IMG/VR virus record: IMGVR_UViG_3300020380_000001
Location: 62,001-126,000 of that record
DNA length: 64,000 nucleotides
Reading direction: 5' to 3' (one strand)
Below, piece after piece: positions 28,689 through 37,732 of the stretch; position 1 is the first letter of the stretch; the number at the start of each line of letters is the position of its first letter. Below the pieces are notes generated by a model, which was not told the DNA's origin, ran no database searches, and worked only from the letters and a program-made list of their open reading frames with translations. Made by a program: the position numbers and the translations under genes.

Positions 28689-29696
28689 ATGGCCGAAAGT
28701 ACAATGTTCTTGTCGAATATAAGCGTTGTGGACCATGCTTATATTGACGACATGGGTATGATTATAGGCGGATCCTATAACCCTAGCTTTTTAGTAACCG
28801 GGAAAGTAACAGACGACGAAAGTGTAGTTATTGATTTTAGTACCGGTAAAAAAGCACTGAAGAAAATAATCGATCACGACGTCTACGGATTCGATCACAA
28901 GCTGTGGTTGATAGAAGGTTTTAGTAACGTGTCTACTGTTACTATTGTGTCGTCTGCTAAGCGCGAATACCTGAATAAGCAGTTTCTGGCGATCAGTGAT
29001 CCCCGTCTTAAGCAGTACATGGAAGAAAGCGAAAAGACTATGTCTATGAGAAGTGATGTTGTTAGAATTACTTCTAGAGCGTTTGAAATCGATGTGCCGC
29101 GCGACGCGATTAAATGGGTGCAGAACCTTAAGCCGAGTAAAGACCTGCAAGAAATAGTAACCGAAGCACTTGTTGCCTTGCTTGAAGAAAAGCTACAGGC
29201 CGAAGCCGATTACGAAGTTTCGCTTGAGTGCAAACTAGAGGTCACTGAGCATGTGTATAATCAACATGTGCCTACCGCACCGTTTAGATATACTCACGGC
29301 TTAAAGTTCTCTACGTCTTGGGGATGCCAAAATATTGCCCATGGGCACTTGAGTTATATGCAACTTATTTTCGACGATATGACGAAGACTATTCGTCCTG
29401 AATACGTAAATGCAGTTGCCAAAGAGTTCGAAAATGTAGTGTTTGTGTTTAAAGAAAATGTCATTGCACACGACGATAAACACATCACTATTCAATACAG
29501 AACTAATCGCGGCCATTTCCGTGCAAAGTATAACTTGAAACGTTTTGATATTCGCTTGCTTGATACTGAAACTACGGTTGAGTATCTCGTAGATCACATC
29601 TCCAAGTGTGATGCTGTGCAGTCACTTCTTAAAGAAGGACTTAAAGAGCTATACGTTAGTGAAGGACTATCCAAAGGCGCTATGAAGCGTTTCTGA
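28689..29696 (+). CDS. queD: two-domain QueD-like 6-carboxytetrahydropterin synthase
   Basis: Tandem T-fold; N-domain VIDF...IIDHD..GFDHKL; C-domain YTHGLK...CQNIAHGH and ETTVE; immediately after folE. Confidence 0.7.
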   Translation: MAESTMFLSNISVVDHAYIDDMGMIIGGSYNPSFLVTGKVTDDESVVIDFSTGKKALKKIIDHDVYGFDHKLWLIEGFSNVSTVTIVSSAKREYLNKQFLAISDPRLKQYMEESEKTMSMRSDVVRITSRAFEIDVPRDAIKWVQNLKPSKDLQEIVTEALVALLEEKLQAEADYEVSLECKLEVTEHVYNQHVPTAPFRYTHGLKFSTSWGCQNIAHGHLSYMQLIFDDMTKTIRPEYVNAVAKEFENVVFVFKENVIAHDDKHITIQYRTNRGHFRAKYNLKRFDIRLLDTETTVEYLVDHISKCDAVQSLLKEGLKELYVSEGLSKGAMKRF

Positions 29697-29713
29697 TAAT
29701 CCAACACTGTAAT

Positions 29714-29738
29714 AAAAAGGGGCTTCGGCCCCTTTTTT
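29714..29738 (+). terminator. intrinsic terminator with a UUCG tetraloop
   Basis: AAAAAGGGGC-TTCG-GCCCCTTTTTT. Confidence 0.9.
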
Positions 29739-29739
29739 C

Positions 29740-29746
29740 TTAAATA
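29740..29746 (+). promoter_or_regulatory. T4-like late promoter box TTAAATA
   Basis: Immediately after the UUCG terminator, before 29772. Confidence 0.55.
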
Positions 29747-29771
29747 TGCTTATACGAAATAGGAAATCTTT

Positions 29772-30812
29772 ATGCCAAATCATTATGGAATTAGCGTAGT
29801 GGGTGCTGAACCCGGACAGCCACCAACATCCGGTGGTCCTACACTAGAAGCATTTATGTTCGATACATTCGAAGACGCTGTGCCGTTTATAGCTAGTTAT
29901 GAGCCGCCTACGAATTTCGAAGTGTTTCAGACATGGAACCGTTTCTCTAATAACCTTTTCTTTGAACCCGGCGACCCGTTGACCAATGGCGCAGGCGCGT
30001 TTATTTACAACTCATCAGCAGACCGCATACAGTGCACGGCTAATACTACCCAATTTGTTGGATTCTCAAGCCCAACCAAAACCCGTAACGTGACAATTGA
30101 AGTCACAGTTGGCTCTACCGCACAAGATGATGATGCGCTGGCTGTTATTGTTGCCCATGAGCCTTACACTAACGCCGAGGGAAATCCAGCTAGTAGGTTC
30201 TTAGCCGTCATGCGACACACTGGCGGGTTGGTACTAGGTCAAGGCGCAGGTCAATATTATCTGGTGTGTTTGTCTTATAATGATCCTGATTTTACCGGGG
30301 GCGGTTACTTACCTCTCGGCAGTCCGGTAAACTGGAACAACGGCCGTAATTCAAACAACGGTGGCTGGGCATCAAGCGGTAAAAGTAGGATTCGCATAGA
30401 ACGCGAGGGGCCGGTGATACGCACTTGGGCAACACCGTTTTTAAACCAAACATTAGCTGCGATGTCGGAGATAGATCCTAGTGAATACAATCCTAACAGC
30501 ATTATCAACATTAACACCAGCAATTATCCTGAGCTTGCGTGGGTAGGCGCTAATGAGTTGGCTTTTGGCTATGGATGCCAGTCCCAGGACGATGCATACT
30601 TCGCAAATATAGAAATAGAAGGCGGCCTGCTAAACGATACTATTTTTGTGGCGTCTACTAACAGTGTTTACAAATACAACTACGACACAGGTGAATGGGA
30701 TATTGTGGAAGGCGAAACTGTGCAGAGTCGCTTAGGTAACCGCATCGATATAGTTAACCCGAACACTGGTAAAAAGTACGTCGTTGACATAAACGGTAAC
30801 TTAATAACTTAA
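29772..30812 (+). CDS. probable late virion protein with a lectin/jelly-roll-like domain
   Basis: Late box at 29740; Gly/Asn/Thr- and aromatic-rich beta composition. Confidence 0.5.
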   Translation: MPNHYGISVVGAEPGQPPTSGGPTLEAFMFDTFEDAVPFIASYEPPTNFEVFQTWNRFSNNLFFEPGDPLTNGAGAFIYNSSADRIQCTANTTQFVGFSSPTKTRNVTIEVTVGSTAQDDDALAVIVAHEPYTNAEGNPASRFLAVMRHTGGLVLGQGAGQYYLVCLSYNDPDFTGGGYLPLGSPVNWNNGRNSNNGGWASSGKSRIRIEREGPVIRTWATPFLNQTLAAMSEIDPSEYNPNSIININTSNYPELAWVGANELAFGYGCQSQDDAYFANIEIEGGLLNDTIFVASTNSVYKYNYDTGEWDIVEGETVQSRLGNRIDIVNPNTGKKYVVDINGNLIT

Positions 30813-30880
30813 CTTTTATACTAAAGTTTAATAGACTTATCAGTAACTTAAAAAAGTGTTAAAAAATATACTTATTGGTC

Positions 30881-30909
30881 TTGATTTATACTTTCCGGCT
30901 TACTACGCT
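30881..30909 (+). promoter_or_regulatory. sigma70-type promoter TTGATT-17-TACGCT
   Basis: In the AT-rich gap upstream of the 31047-dpdL-GT run. Confidence 0.45.
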
Positions 30910-31046
30910 TAGAAATAACAAGGGTGCTGTAATTTTTGCAGATTAATTACATTTTTATGCACCTAGGTGTTTGGATTCGTGCACGGCTATGTTATAATTA
31001 TTTATACTAAAAAGCAGTAATATAACTGTAGTCGCAAGAGACTTTC

Positions 31047-31406
31047 TTGCGAGACTTAGATAAAAACTATAACAGAGCCATGCATAATAATAACAATAAT
31101 ACGGGCTTGTCGTGTGAATCCTGGTACGAAGAACATCGCCGTACAATTAACGGGCTGTATAGCTTGGATTCAGGTACGGCCTTTTCACAGGAGTTATACG
31201 GTGCATTATTTAAAACGTGCGATTTTTTGCCGGTAACCCTTGTAACGGACTATCACGAAAACGGATTTAAGAAAAACGACTTGTTAATTCGCCGCTGCGA
31301 GTTTACGGGCTGCTTTTTCACAACCACGGTTTTGAGTGATTGTCATATGAATACTGATTTTGACGTCGACTTTGTTATACGACTAAATTGTAGTAACAAA
31401 GTGTAA
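31047..31406 (+). CDS. hypothetical protein (start uncertain, possibly ATG 31080)
   Basis: ORF track; downstream of a sigma70-like promoter. Confidence 0.5.
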   Translation: MRDLDKNYNRAMHNNNNNTGLSCESWYEEHRRTINGLYSLDSGTAFSQELYGALFKTCDFLPVTLVTDYHENGFKKNDLLIRRCEFTGCFFTTTVLSDCHMNTDFDVDFVIRLNCSNKV

Positions 31407-31420
31407 AAGGACATAAGTAT

Positions 31421-31810
31421 ATGACACCCATCAAACAAAGACTTATCTACGTCACGTTTCAAAAAGAAGGCATACACTGCTACCCAGCTGCTGCTACTGA
31501 TCCAGAGTTAGCAACAGGCGACTGGAAAGACGTTAGTTTTCTTGCTCATCCACATCGACACATCTTCCATTTTAAAGTCACTATTAGTGTGACTCATAAT
31601 GATCGTGATATCGAGTTTATCCAGTTTAAGCGTTGGTTAGAACGCTTATATAACGGTACGCTTGAGTTAGATCACAAAAGTTGCGAAATGCTAGCCGAAG
31701 AATTAGGTGAAATCATACTCAAGGAATACGGGTACGACGGTGTTTACCTAAAAGTAGACGTTAGCGAAGACGACGAAAATGGCGCTGTGCTGGTGTGGGG
31801 TGATAAATGA
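31421..31810 (+). CDS. dpdL: QueD-paralog T-fold protein, DpdL-like (predicted 7-carboxy-7-deazaguanine decarboxylase)
   Basis: EGIHCYP and LAHPHRHIF fit the LxxxHRHxF signature I recall for DpdL; RDIEFIQFKR, SCEMLA and EDDENGA; folE/queD nearby. Confidence 0.65.
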   Translation: MTPIKQRLIYVTFQKEGIHCYPAAATDPELATGDWKDVSFLAHPHRHIFHFKVTISVTHNDRDIEFIQFKRWLERLYNGTLELDHKSCEMLAEELGEIILKEYGYDGVYLKVDVSEDDENGAVLVWGDK

Positions 31811-32883
31811 ATACGATTTTTATTGTCCCTATTGAGCCTTTAGAAACGCGATACACCGGTGAGTGGTATGAGCATTTACCTACTACCCTTACTCGGCAAA
31901 TTACTGACAACGAAGCAGAATACCAAGTTCGGGTTATTGACGGTGATGTTGTGTCACCTAGACCAAGCCCAGGCGCATTCTTAGACTTCGCAGCAACCAA
32001 CATTTACAAGTCATCTCAACTAATTAGTATAGCAGAGCTATTCCGCGATGGTGAAGTTAAGCCAGGCGACAAGTTCCTGTTTACTGATTTTTGGAATACG
32101 TGCGCTCTACAACTGCGTTATATGAGCGATCTTAACAATATTCCGGTTGAGATACACGGGTTAGCACACGCCGGTAATTATGACCCTAATGACTTCCTAG
32201 GGCGCATAAAAGACGGTGACTGGGCTAAAGCTACAGAGCAAGCATTTTATCACGCATACACGAATATCTGGTTTGCAACACACACGCACTTGGATTTATT
32301 CAGTGACAACGTGATGGGCAGCGGTTTTGAAGATTCAGCTGACAAGCTACGCATAACCGGCTGGCCAATGGAATATATGCACACGATGAATAAGCCGTAT
32401 ATTAAAACGGAAAAGAAAGACATTGTGTTATTCCCGCACCGCTTAGCACCAGAAAAGCAACCCGAAATATTCGACATGCTCGCTAAGCGCATGCCTGAGT
32501 ATGAATTTATCAAGTGCCAAGACAAAGAACTTACCAAGCGCGAGTATCACACACTGCTCGCCGAGAGTAAGGTTGTCTTCAGCGCAAACTTACAAGAAAC
32601 GTTAGGGATTAGTGGACCTGAAGGAATGTGCTTTGGTGCAATTCCGTTGGTACCATTGAGACTTAGCTATCTTGAAATGTTCGATCCGGAGTTTACTTAT
32701 CCTTCGGAATGGACTACAAGCCTTGAAGCTGCCGAAGAACATGCAGACGACTTAGTTGCGTTAATACGCCACGCGGTGCAGAACTACGGGAATCTTCAAA
32801 CTAAACTTCAACATAATAAGAATAAGATACTACGCAATTTCTTTTCAGCAGACGCGTTATACGCAGAGCTGTTAGATCTCTAA
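31807..32883 (+). CDS. GT-B fold glycosyltransferase
   Basis: C-terminal LFPHRLAPEKQPE and SANLQETLGISGPEGMCFGAIPLVP (GT4-like ExxGxxxxE region); ATGA overlap with the dpdL-like gene. Confidence 0.8.
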   Translation: MNTIFIVPIEPLETRYTGEWYEHLPTTLTRQITDNEAEYQVRVIDGDVVSPRPSPGAFLDFAATNIYKSSQLISIAELFRDGEVKPGDKFLFTDFWNTCALQLRYMSDLNNIPVEIHGLAHAGNYDPNDFLGRIKDGDWAKATEQAFYHAYTNIWFATHTHLDLFSDNVMGSGFEDSADKLRITGWPMEYMHTMNKPYIKTEKKDIVLFPHRLAPEKQPEIFDMLAKRMPEYEFIKCQDKELTKREYHTLLAESKVVFSANLQETLGISGPEGMCFGAIPLVPLRLSYLEMFDPEFTYPSEWTTSLEAAEEHADDLVALIRHAVQNYGNLQTKLQHNKNKILRNFFSADALYAELLDL

Positions 32884-32908
32884 GGCGCTAGGTATAAGGG
32901 GACGAGAT

Positions 32909-33373
32909 ATGTCGGACAACAAAAAAATCACATTATCGGTATTGGTAGAAGACGACAACGGCACTACTAATGCCAATACAGTGATCACAGAAACAGAAGA
33001 TATGGGGTACGAAGACATCCACGCCGAACGTGTAGGCCATTTTATGGACTTCATTATTCAGGTTGCTAGTGTGTCAAATACTGACCCTGAGTACATGGCA
33101 GCTATGTTTTCTACTGCTATGATGAGTGTGGCCGAGTCATCAAACGCTAACATTAGACTAGTGTGTGGTGAAGGAAAATATGTGGATGTTGTTATGGATG
33201 AAAGCGATCCAGAGTATGTAATGATTTACGCAGAAGATGCGGTTCCTGCAGACGGCGTTGCTGAAGGCATGGTGCCAATCGGTATTCAAGGCGAGTACGA
33301 CGAAGAAGACGAAGGTGTCGACTTAGACGCTGCTGGCCGCGCCAGTATCACCCCTCCTCACAAGTTACATTGA
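32909..33373 (+). CDS. hypothetical acidic protein
   Basis: ORF track. Confidence 0.65.
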   Translation: MSDNKKITLSVLVEDDNGTTNANTVITETEDMGYEDIHAERVGHFMDFIIQVASVSNTDPEYMAAMFSTAMMSVAESSNANIRLVCGEGKYVDVVMDESDPEYVMIYAEDAVPADGVAEGMVPIGIQGEYDEEDEGVDLDAAGRASITPPHKLH

Positions 33374-33386
33374 TATAAATAGTCAT

Positions 33387-33413
33387 AAAGAAGGAGTTTC
33401 ATACTTCTTCTTT
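33387..33413 (+). terminator. probable terminator hairpin
   Basis: AAAGAAGGAGT-TTCAT-ACTTCTTCTTT. Confidence 0.5.
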
Positions 33414-33442
33414 ACTTGACTAATTTATGGATTTACTGTAAT

Positions 33443-33877
33443 ATGAATACTAGAAATAAAAACTATGTTGACCTTTTTGAAGGAGTCGATAAGAACGAGA
33501 ATTGGCGCGCACTAAACCAACTTATTGTTGAGGTTGTGGGCGAAGATTTGACTGAGGGTCAAATCATCCGTGACTACTTAAGTGAGTCACTGGGTGTAGA
33601 GACCAGACTGTCGTGGGTCGTTGAGACCAACCTTAATGCCAAAAAGGCATGTTCACGTTTTTTATCCGAACTTAAAGAAAGGTGCAAAGTAGAGGGTATG
33701 GAGTTGTCTGCTCATAGCAGTGTTCCTAAAGAAGTCAACTACGTGATGAGTTATCCTAAAGAAGACGGTGGCCCATTCTGTACGTTGACATATTTTAGTG
33801 ACAAAAACCCTATCCCGGTTTGTGGATTTCAATTTAACATAATAGGCAACTTTGCCGAGCCCAATAATATGGAGTAA
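33443..33877 (+). CDS. hypothetical protein
   Basis: ORF track frame; first ATG at 33443. Confidence 0.65.
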   Translation: MNTRNKNYVDLFEGVDKNENWRALNQLIVEVVGEDLTEGQIIRDYLSESLGVETRLSWVVETNLNAKKACSRFLSELKERCKVEGMELSAHSSVPKEVNYVMSYPKEDGGPFCTLTYFSDKNPIPVCGFQFNIIGNFAEPNNME

Positions 33878-33880
33878 ACA

Positions 33881-34399
33881 ATGACGTCAGCTGCTGAGTT
33901 CGAACAAAATCTTCAAATAGGACAACAGTTCGAAACAGAAGTTGCGGAAAAGGTTATACGCTCCGTATTAGCGCCAGACGGGTACATAATACCCACCCAT
34001 AATTGGCAAGTAGATCAAGGAAACAATAGAGGGCCACGCATACTTCTGCCTAGCGGCGGTAAAGTAACGTTGCCTGATTTCTTTGTGATCGACCCAGTTA
34101 ACGGCACCAAAACGTTAATTGAAGCCAAGTACAAAAAGAAAGCCGCATATGTAAACGGGCACGATGGATATTGCGTAGAGCAATACAAATGTTGGGATTA
34201 TCAACGCGCTGCCCGTTTAATGGACGCGACCTTGCTGTTTTTAATCGGTGACGGTACCACACAAGAAGTACTGTTATACGATCCTTCTGAAACCGACACC
34301 TATACTACCCATACTTTTAATAATAAGTTTACCAAATTCAAGCCAGTTGATAACTGGGTGTTTTTAAAACACAAAGGAACCAAGGTGGATATCAAATGA
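33881..34399 (+). CDS. PD-(D/E)XK restriction-endonuclease-like nuclease
   Basis: GQQFE (motif I), LPDF (motif II), IEAKYK (motif III). Confidence 0.7.
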   Translation: MTSAAEFEQNLQIGQQFETEVAEKVIRSVLAPDGYIIPTHNWQVDQGNNRGPRILLPSGGKVTLPDFFVIDPVNGTKTLIEAKYKKKAAYVNGHDGYCVEQYKCWDYQRAARLMDATLLFLIGDGTTQEVLLYDPSETDTYTTHTFNNKFTKFKPVDNWVFLKHKGTKVDIK

Positions 34400-34959
34400 A
34401 ATACGATGGATGTGACACATGCGCTTCGCCTGACGTAACACAGAAAGTCAAACTAACAACTGCCCGCCGTCGCCTTGATGATGCGCTAATGTACTGTATA
34501 GAAAATGCCACCCAAGAGGTAGCAAACGTGCGGTTCGTAGAAATCGGTACTTCTGTTAGTATTGGTAAGTTTTTCAGAAAGCCATGGTCACTTGGCATAT
34601 GTAAGCGCCGCATATATTTAGACACTTCTGTGATGAGACAGGTTATTGCCAACCTTGAACGTGTTGTCCGTTTCCACGGCGGCGCCCGCGCACTCGCTGA
34701 CTTGTACACTAAGGCAGTAGAAAAAGAAGATCCAGAAGTAACGCGTCGGCTAATGCTGTACTTCCTTTACTTAGGTTCTCTCGAGGTGCCAGTAAGCAGA
34801 AAAACTGCTAATCCAAGCCGCTTTGTCAAGTTAGACGTGATGGTCTATAGTCATTTAGCTGGCGTAGACATGTCATCTAATACCGCAGCGCTTGCAGTAA
34901 TCAGTGGTGACTATGAACCTTTAGTTGAACGCACAAAGTACAAACTGGGCATAGCATGA
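34396..34959 (+). CDS. hypothetical protein
   Basis: ORF track; ATGA overlap. Confidence 0.65.
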   Translation: MKYDGCDTCASPDVTQKVKLTTARRRLDDALMYCIENATQEVANVRFVEIGTSVSIGKFFRKPWSLGICKRRIYLDTSVMRQVIANLERVVRFHGGARALADLYTKAVEKEDPEVTRRLMLYFLYLGSLEVPVSRKTANPSRFVKLDVMVYSHLAGVDMSSNTAALAVISGDYEPLVERTKYKLGIA

Positions 34960-35516
34960 TTACCGTAGAACCTCAACGAGGGCTTGAGCTATTATCCGGG
35001 ATAAAATACTTGATTCATCAGCATCCTGATATGGATATTGTGCAAGCCTCCATACCGCCGGAAAAATGGGTAAGAAACGGCCCACATCACGCGACCGTTT
35101 CGGTGGAGTGTTTGTTGTTCAAGCGAGGCTCTCATTATTCAATTATACCGATACCTACATTAGGTGCATTATTGCATTCGTCAGCCGCTAAGCTTCGTTG
35201 GTATATTCCGACTGCGCCGTTACATGAAAATGTGAAATCATGGCAGCCCATGTTCTTCGACGTTCTTTGTAGTGTCAATGCAGTAGCCAACGGGAAGTAC
35301 TACTTCGCCAAAGATGGCGGGTTCCTTAAAGTCAAATTAGACTCTCTTATACATCGCTTAACATACAAGCGAACCGCCACTTATGTGCCGAGTGAACAAG
35401 TGTGTATGAATTCACTAGCAAATGACTGGACTCCGCTTTTGATGAAAAGAATGGAAAAATCAAAGGCATTTTCTACTTGGGTTAATATTTCTTTGGATCT
35501 GTGCACGTCGTGGTAG
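34956..35516 (+). CDS. hypothetical protein
   Basis: ORF track; ATGA overlap. Confidence 0.65.
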   Translation: MITVEPQRGLELLSGIKYLIHQHPDMDIVQASIPPEKWVRNGPHHATVSVECLLFKRGSHYSIIPIPTLGALLHSSAAKLRWYIPTAPLHENVKSWQPMFFDVLCSVNAVANGKYYFAKDGGFLKVKLDSLIHRLTYKRTATYVPSEQVCMNSLANDWTPLLMKRMEKSKAFSTWVNISLDLCTSW

Positions 35517-36121
35517 TGGAAATTCCTGACTACATTAGTATGACATGTGACTCGCCGGCTGAACCGTTTTATATGACTGCCAGGCGAGCATTGCGTAGAT
35601 TCGTAATATCATACGCTAACCGTATAGATGGTGATATATACGAGGTAATAAAACCAATACCCGTAGTTGACGGAACGAGGTATATGACATCGTATATTAA
35701 ACCCGTTCATGTTCGTGCCATGAGTTACTTGTTTGCTAAACAACCACTCGAGGACGGCATATATGAAGTAAGCGTGTTGGGTCTAATGAGCCTGTATAAC
35801 GCGGTTGATGCTTCGAATATATCAATGACCCAGTCCCCTAGGCCAGCGATCATTCCGTCTGATCTCGAGGATACAGCGAATATCATATACTCGGAATTTT
35901 TGTCAGACATGTATAATGATCAGAAAGAGGCGTGTTATCGTTACGAGGATATGGGGATTAATCTCAAGGATTCAGTAAAAACTGCGTGTGATAAAAACCG
36001 AATTCGATTGATATGCAATCATAGCGAATCGTTTAGGACCAGACTCAATGAAATGGGATATGTTCGAATCCAGCCCGGCTCTGGAAAAGATAAAAGAAAA
36101 CCGGAAAAAGATGTTAGCTGA
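35501..36121 (+). CDS. hypothetical protein
   Basis: ORF track. Confidence 0.6.
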   Translation: MHVVVVEIPDYISMTCDSPAEPFYMTARRALRRFVISYANRIDGDIYEVIKPIPVVDGTRYMTSYIKPVHVRAMSYLFAKQPLEDGIYEVSVLGLMSLYNAVDASNISMTQSPRPAIIPSDLEDTANIIYSEFLSDMYNDQKEACYRYEDMGINLKDSVKTACDKNRIRLICNHSESFRTRLNEMGYVRIQPGSGKDKRKPEKDVS

Positions 36122-36602
36122 TATACTAAGATCAAAAGCCGAATGCGAGGTCGGCCATGTAAATGCGCCTTCTGTCCAGCCGTATATTAAAGATATGCGC
36201 GAGCATGCTTGTGTGTATCTTTTTGAAAGTACCTCGATGACCAACCGCTTTCTTAATATGTTTAGAAAAAATAAACGTTGCGAGTATGTAGTTGTTTTTG
36301 TTAGTGTATACAACATAACAGGCTTCGTTCGATCGTTTTTGCAAGAATACACTCATAAGAAACCATTGAGTGAATACGATGCCGAAAAGCTTGTATTGGC
36401 ACTAGTGTTGTTCAGTGCGCAATATGAAATCATGCGATATCTGCCTAGCATGCCTGACTTGAACTCACCTAGATTGACACTCAAGAACGTCCTGCGTGAA
36501 TATGAAAAGGTAGGTGACACGGTTAAGATAGATGCAGCTGAGTTGGCACTAGCAAGGCTCGAGGGCTATACTTACTATCAGCGACTATGGGATAACGTAT
36601 AA
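36048..36602 (+). CDS. hypothetical protein
   Basis: ORF track. Confidence 0.6.
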   Translation: MKWDMFESSPALEKIKENRKKMLADILRSKAECEVGHVNAPSVQPYIKDMREHACVYLFESTSMTNRFLNMFRKNKRCEYVVVFVSVYNITGFVRSFLQEYTHKKPLSEYDAEKLVLALVLFSAQYEIMRYLPSMPDLNSPRLTLKNVLREYEKVGDTVKIDAAELALARLEGYTYYQRLWDNV

Positions 36603-37159
36603 TGGCAGAACTAGACAACACCTGGCAAGGAGGGTACTTGGACCACTTCACACGCGCTGAAGCGTATACCAAGCGAGTCGTACGCGATATTGGTGGAGAT
36701 ACCGTATTTCTTGACAATAAAACGTTCATGATAATTACGCCTGAATATATCTTCGTACAAAAGGCACATTATCCGTGGTACGCTATGCCGTGGCAAAAAC
36801 CAAAAGTTTATGCAAGTATATGGGATTGTCCTGACACTATCGGCTTGTCGTTTGCTTCAGTGTCATCTAAGCTGACAATGGCTATGCACATGTCAATGCC
36901 ATCCACTGATTCATCGAATAGCTTCAATGAGTGGTTTAAGTACGCACGTACTGATACTAAAGAGTTGAACGACAACATACGGTTTTTCGACAAATTTTTT
37001 AAACTGGCATCGCCTCATTTTAAACGAATGTCTGAATTCGTCCCGCTTACTGAGGAAGAGCAGAGTATTAATATGCTCTATGCCAGGCAAAATGTTCGTC
37101 CGCCGTGTGTTAGTGAGCTTAGACCAAAGAAGCGCCGCTGGTATTGGCCTTTTGATTAA
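36602..37159 (+). CDS. hypothetical protein, paralog A of a tandem pair
   Basis: Aligns by eye with 37172-37732. Confidence 0.7.
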   Translation: MAELDNTWQGGYLDHFTRAEAYTKRVVRDIGGDTVFLDNKTFMIITPEYIFVQKAHYPWYAMPWQKPKVYASIWDCPDTIGLSFASVSSKLTMAMHMSMPSTDSSNSFNEWFKYARTDTKELNDNIRFFDKFFKLASPHFKRMSEFVPLTEEEQSINMLYARQNVRPPCVSELRPKKRRWYWPFD

Positions 37160-37171
37160 TAGGACATTATA

Positions 37172-37732
37172 ATGAATCTTGCAAATCCGATAGATTTGAC
37201 TAACGTACATATGCATGGTGATGTGATGTACGGTGCTGAGATGGATACCCAGTGGGCACTCGCTGATGCAATGAACCAACCAATATTTCTTAATGAAGTG
37301 ACGTTTGTGTTCTTTCACGAGGCTGGCATATTCGTGCAATACCGACACGATAGATGGTTTACTAACTCGTTTAATAAAGCGAAAGTGTATGCGGCCAGCT
37401 ATAATGTAGACGACCCGCAGAACCCTCGGCCTGTGAATTTACCCAAAGCAACGTCATACGAGATATCGGATATGACTAGGCAGTTAGACATCCGAAGAAT
37501 GTTCCTGCGCAGGTCTGAGTTTGCCAAAAGGTGGCGCAAGCACTTTTTCGACAGCCCGACAGAGCTTGACAAAGAAGTTAACTTTTTCAACCGAATATTT
37601 TTGTCTTTGTTGCCTAGATGTGAGCTAACGTCTGACCTTCGGCCCCTTACTGAGACAGAGCAAGCACAAAATGTCTTTTACGCCAAACAGAACTGCGTGC
37701 CTAGTATAGTGAGTGGTTATGATCGAACATGA
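37172..37732 (+). CDS. hypothetical protein, paralog B of a tandem pair
   Basis: Aligns by eye with 36602-37159. Confidence 0.7.
   Translation: MNLANPIDLTNVHMHGDVMYGAEMDTQWALADAMNQPIFLNEVTFVFFHEAGIFVQYRHDRWFTNSFNKAKVYAASYNVDDPQNPRPVNLPKATSYEISDMTRQLDIRRMFLRRSEFAKRWRKHFFDSPTELDKEVNFFNRIFLSLLPRCELTSDLRPLTETEQAQNVFYAKQNCVPSIVSGYDRT

Noticed and set aside
31080-31105. AAT microsatellite (HNNNNNT) as a contingency locus
   Set aside because: Short, imperfect and in-frame triplets, so slippage would not switch phase
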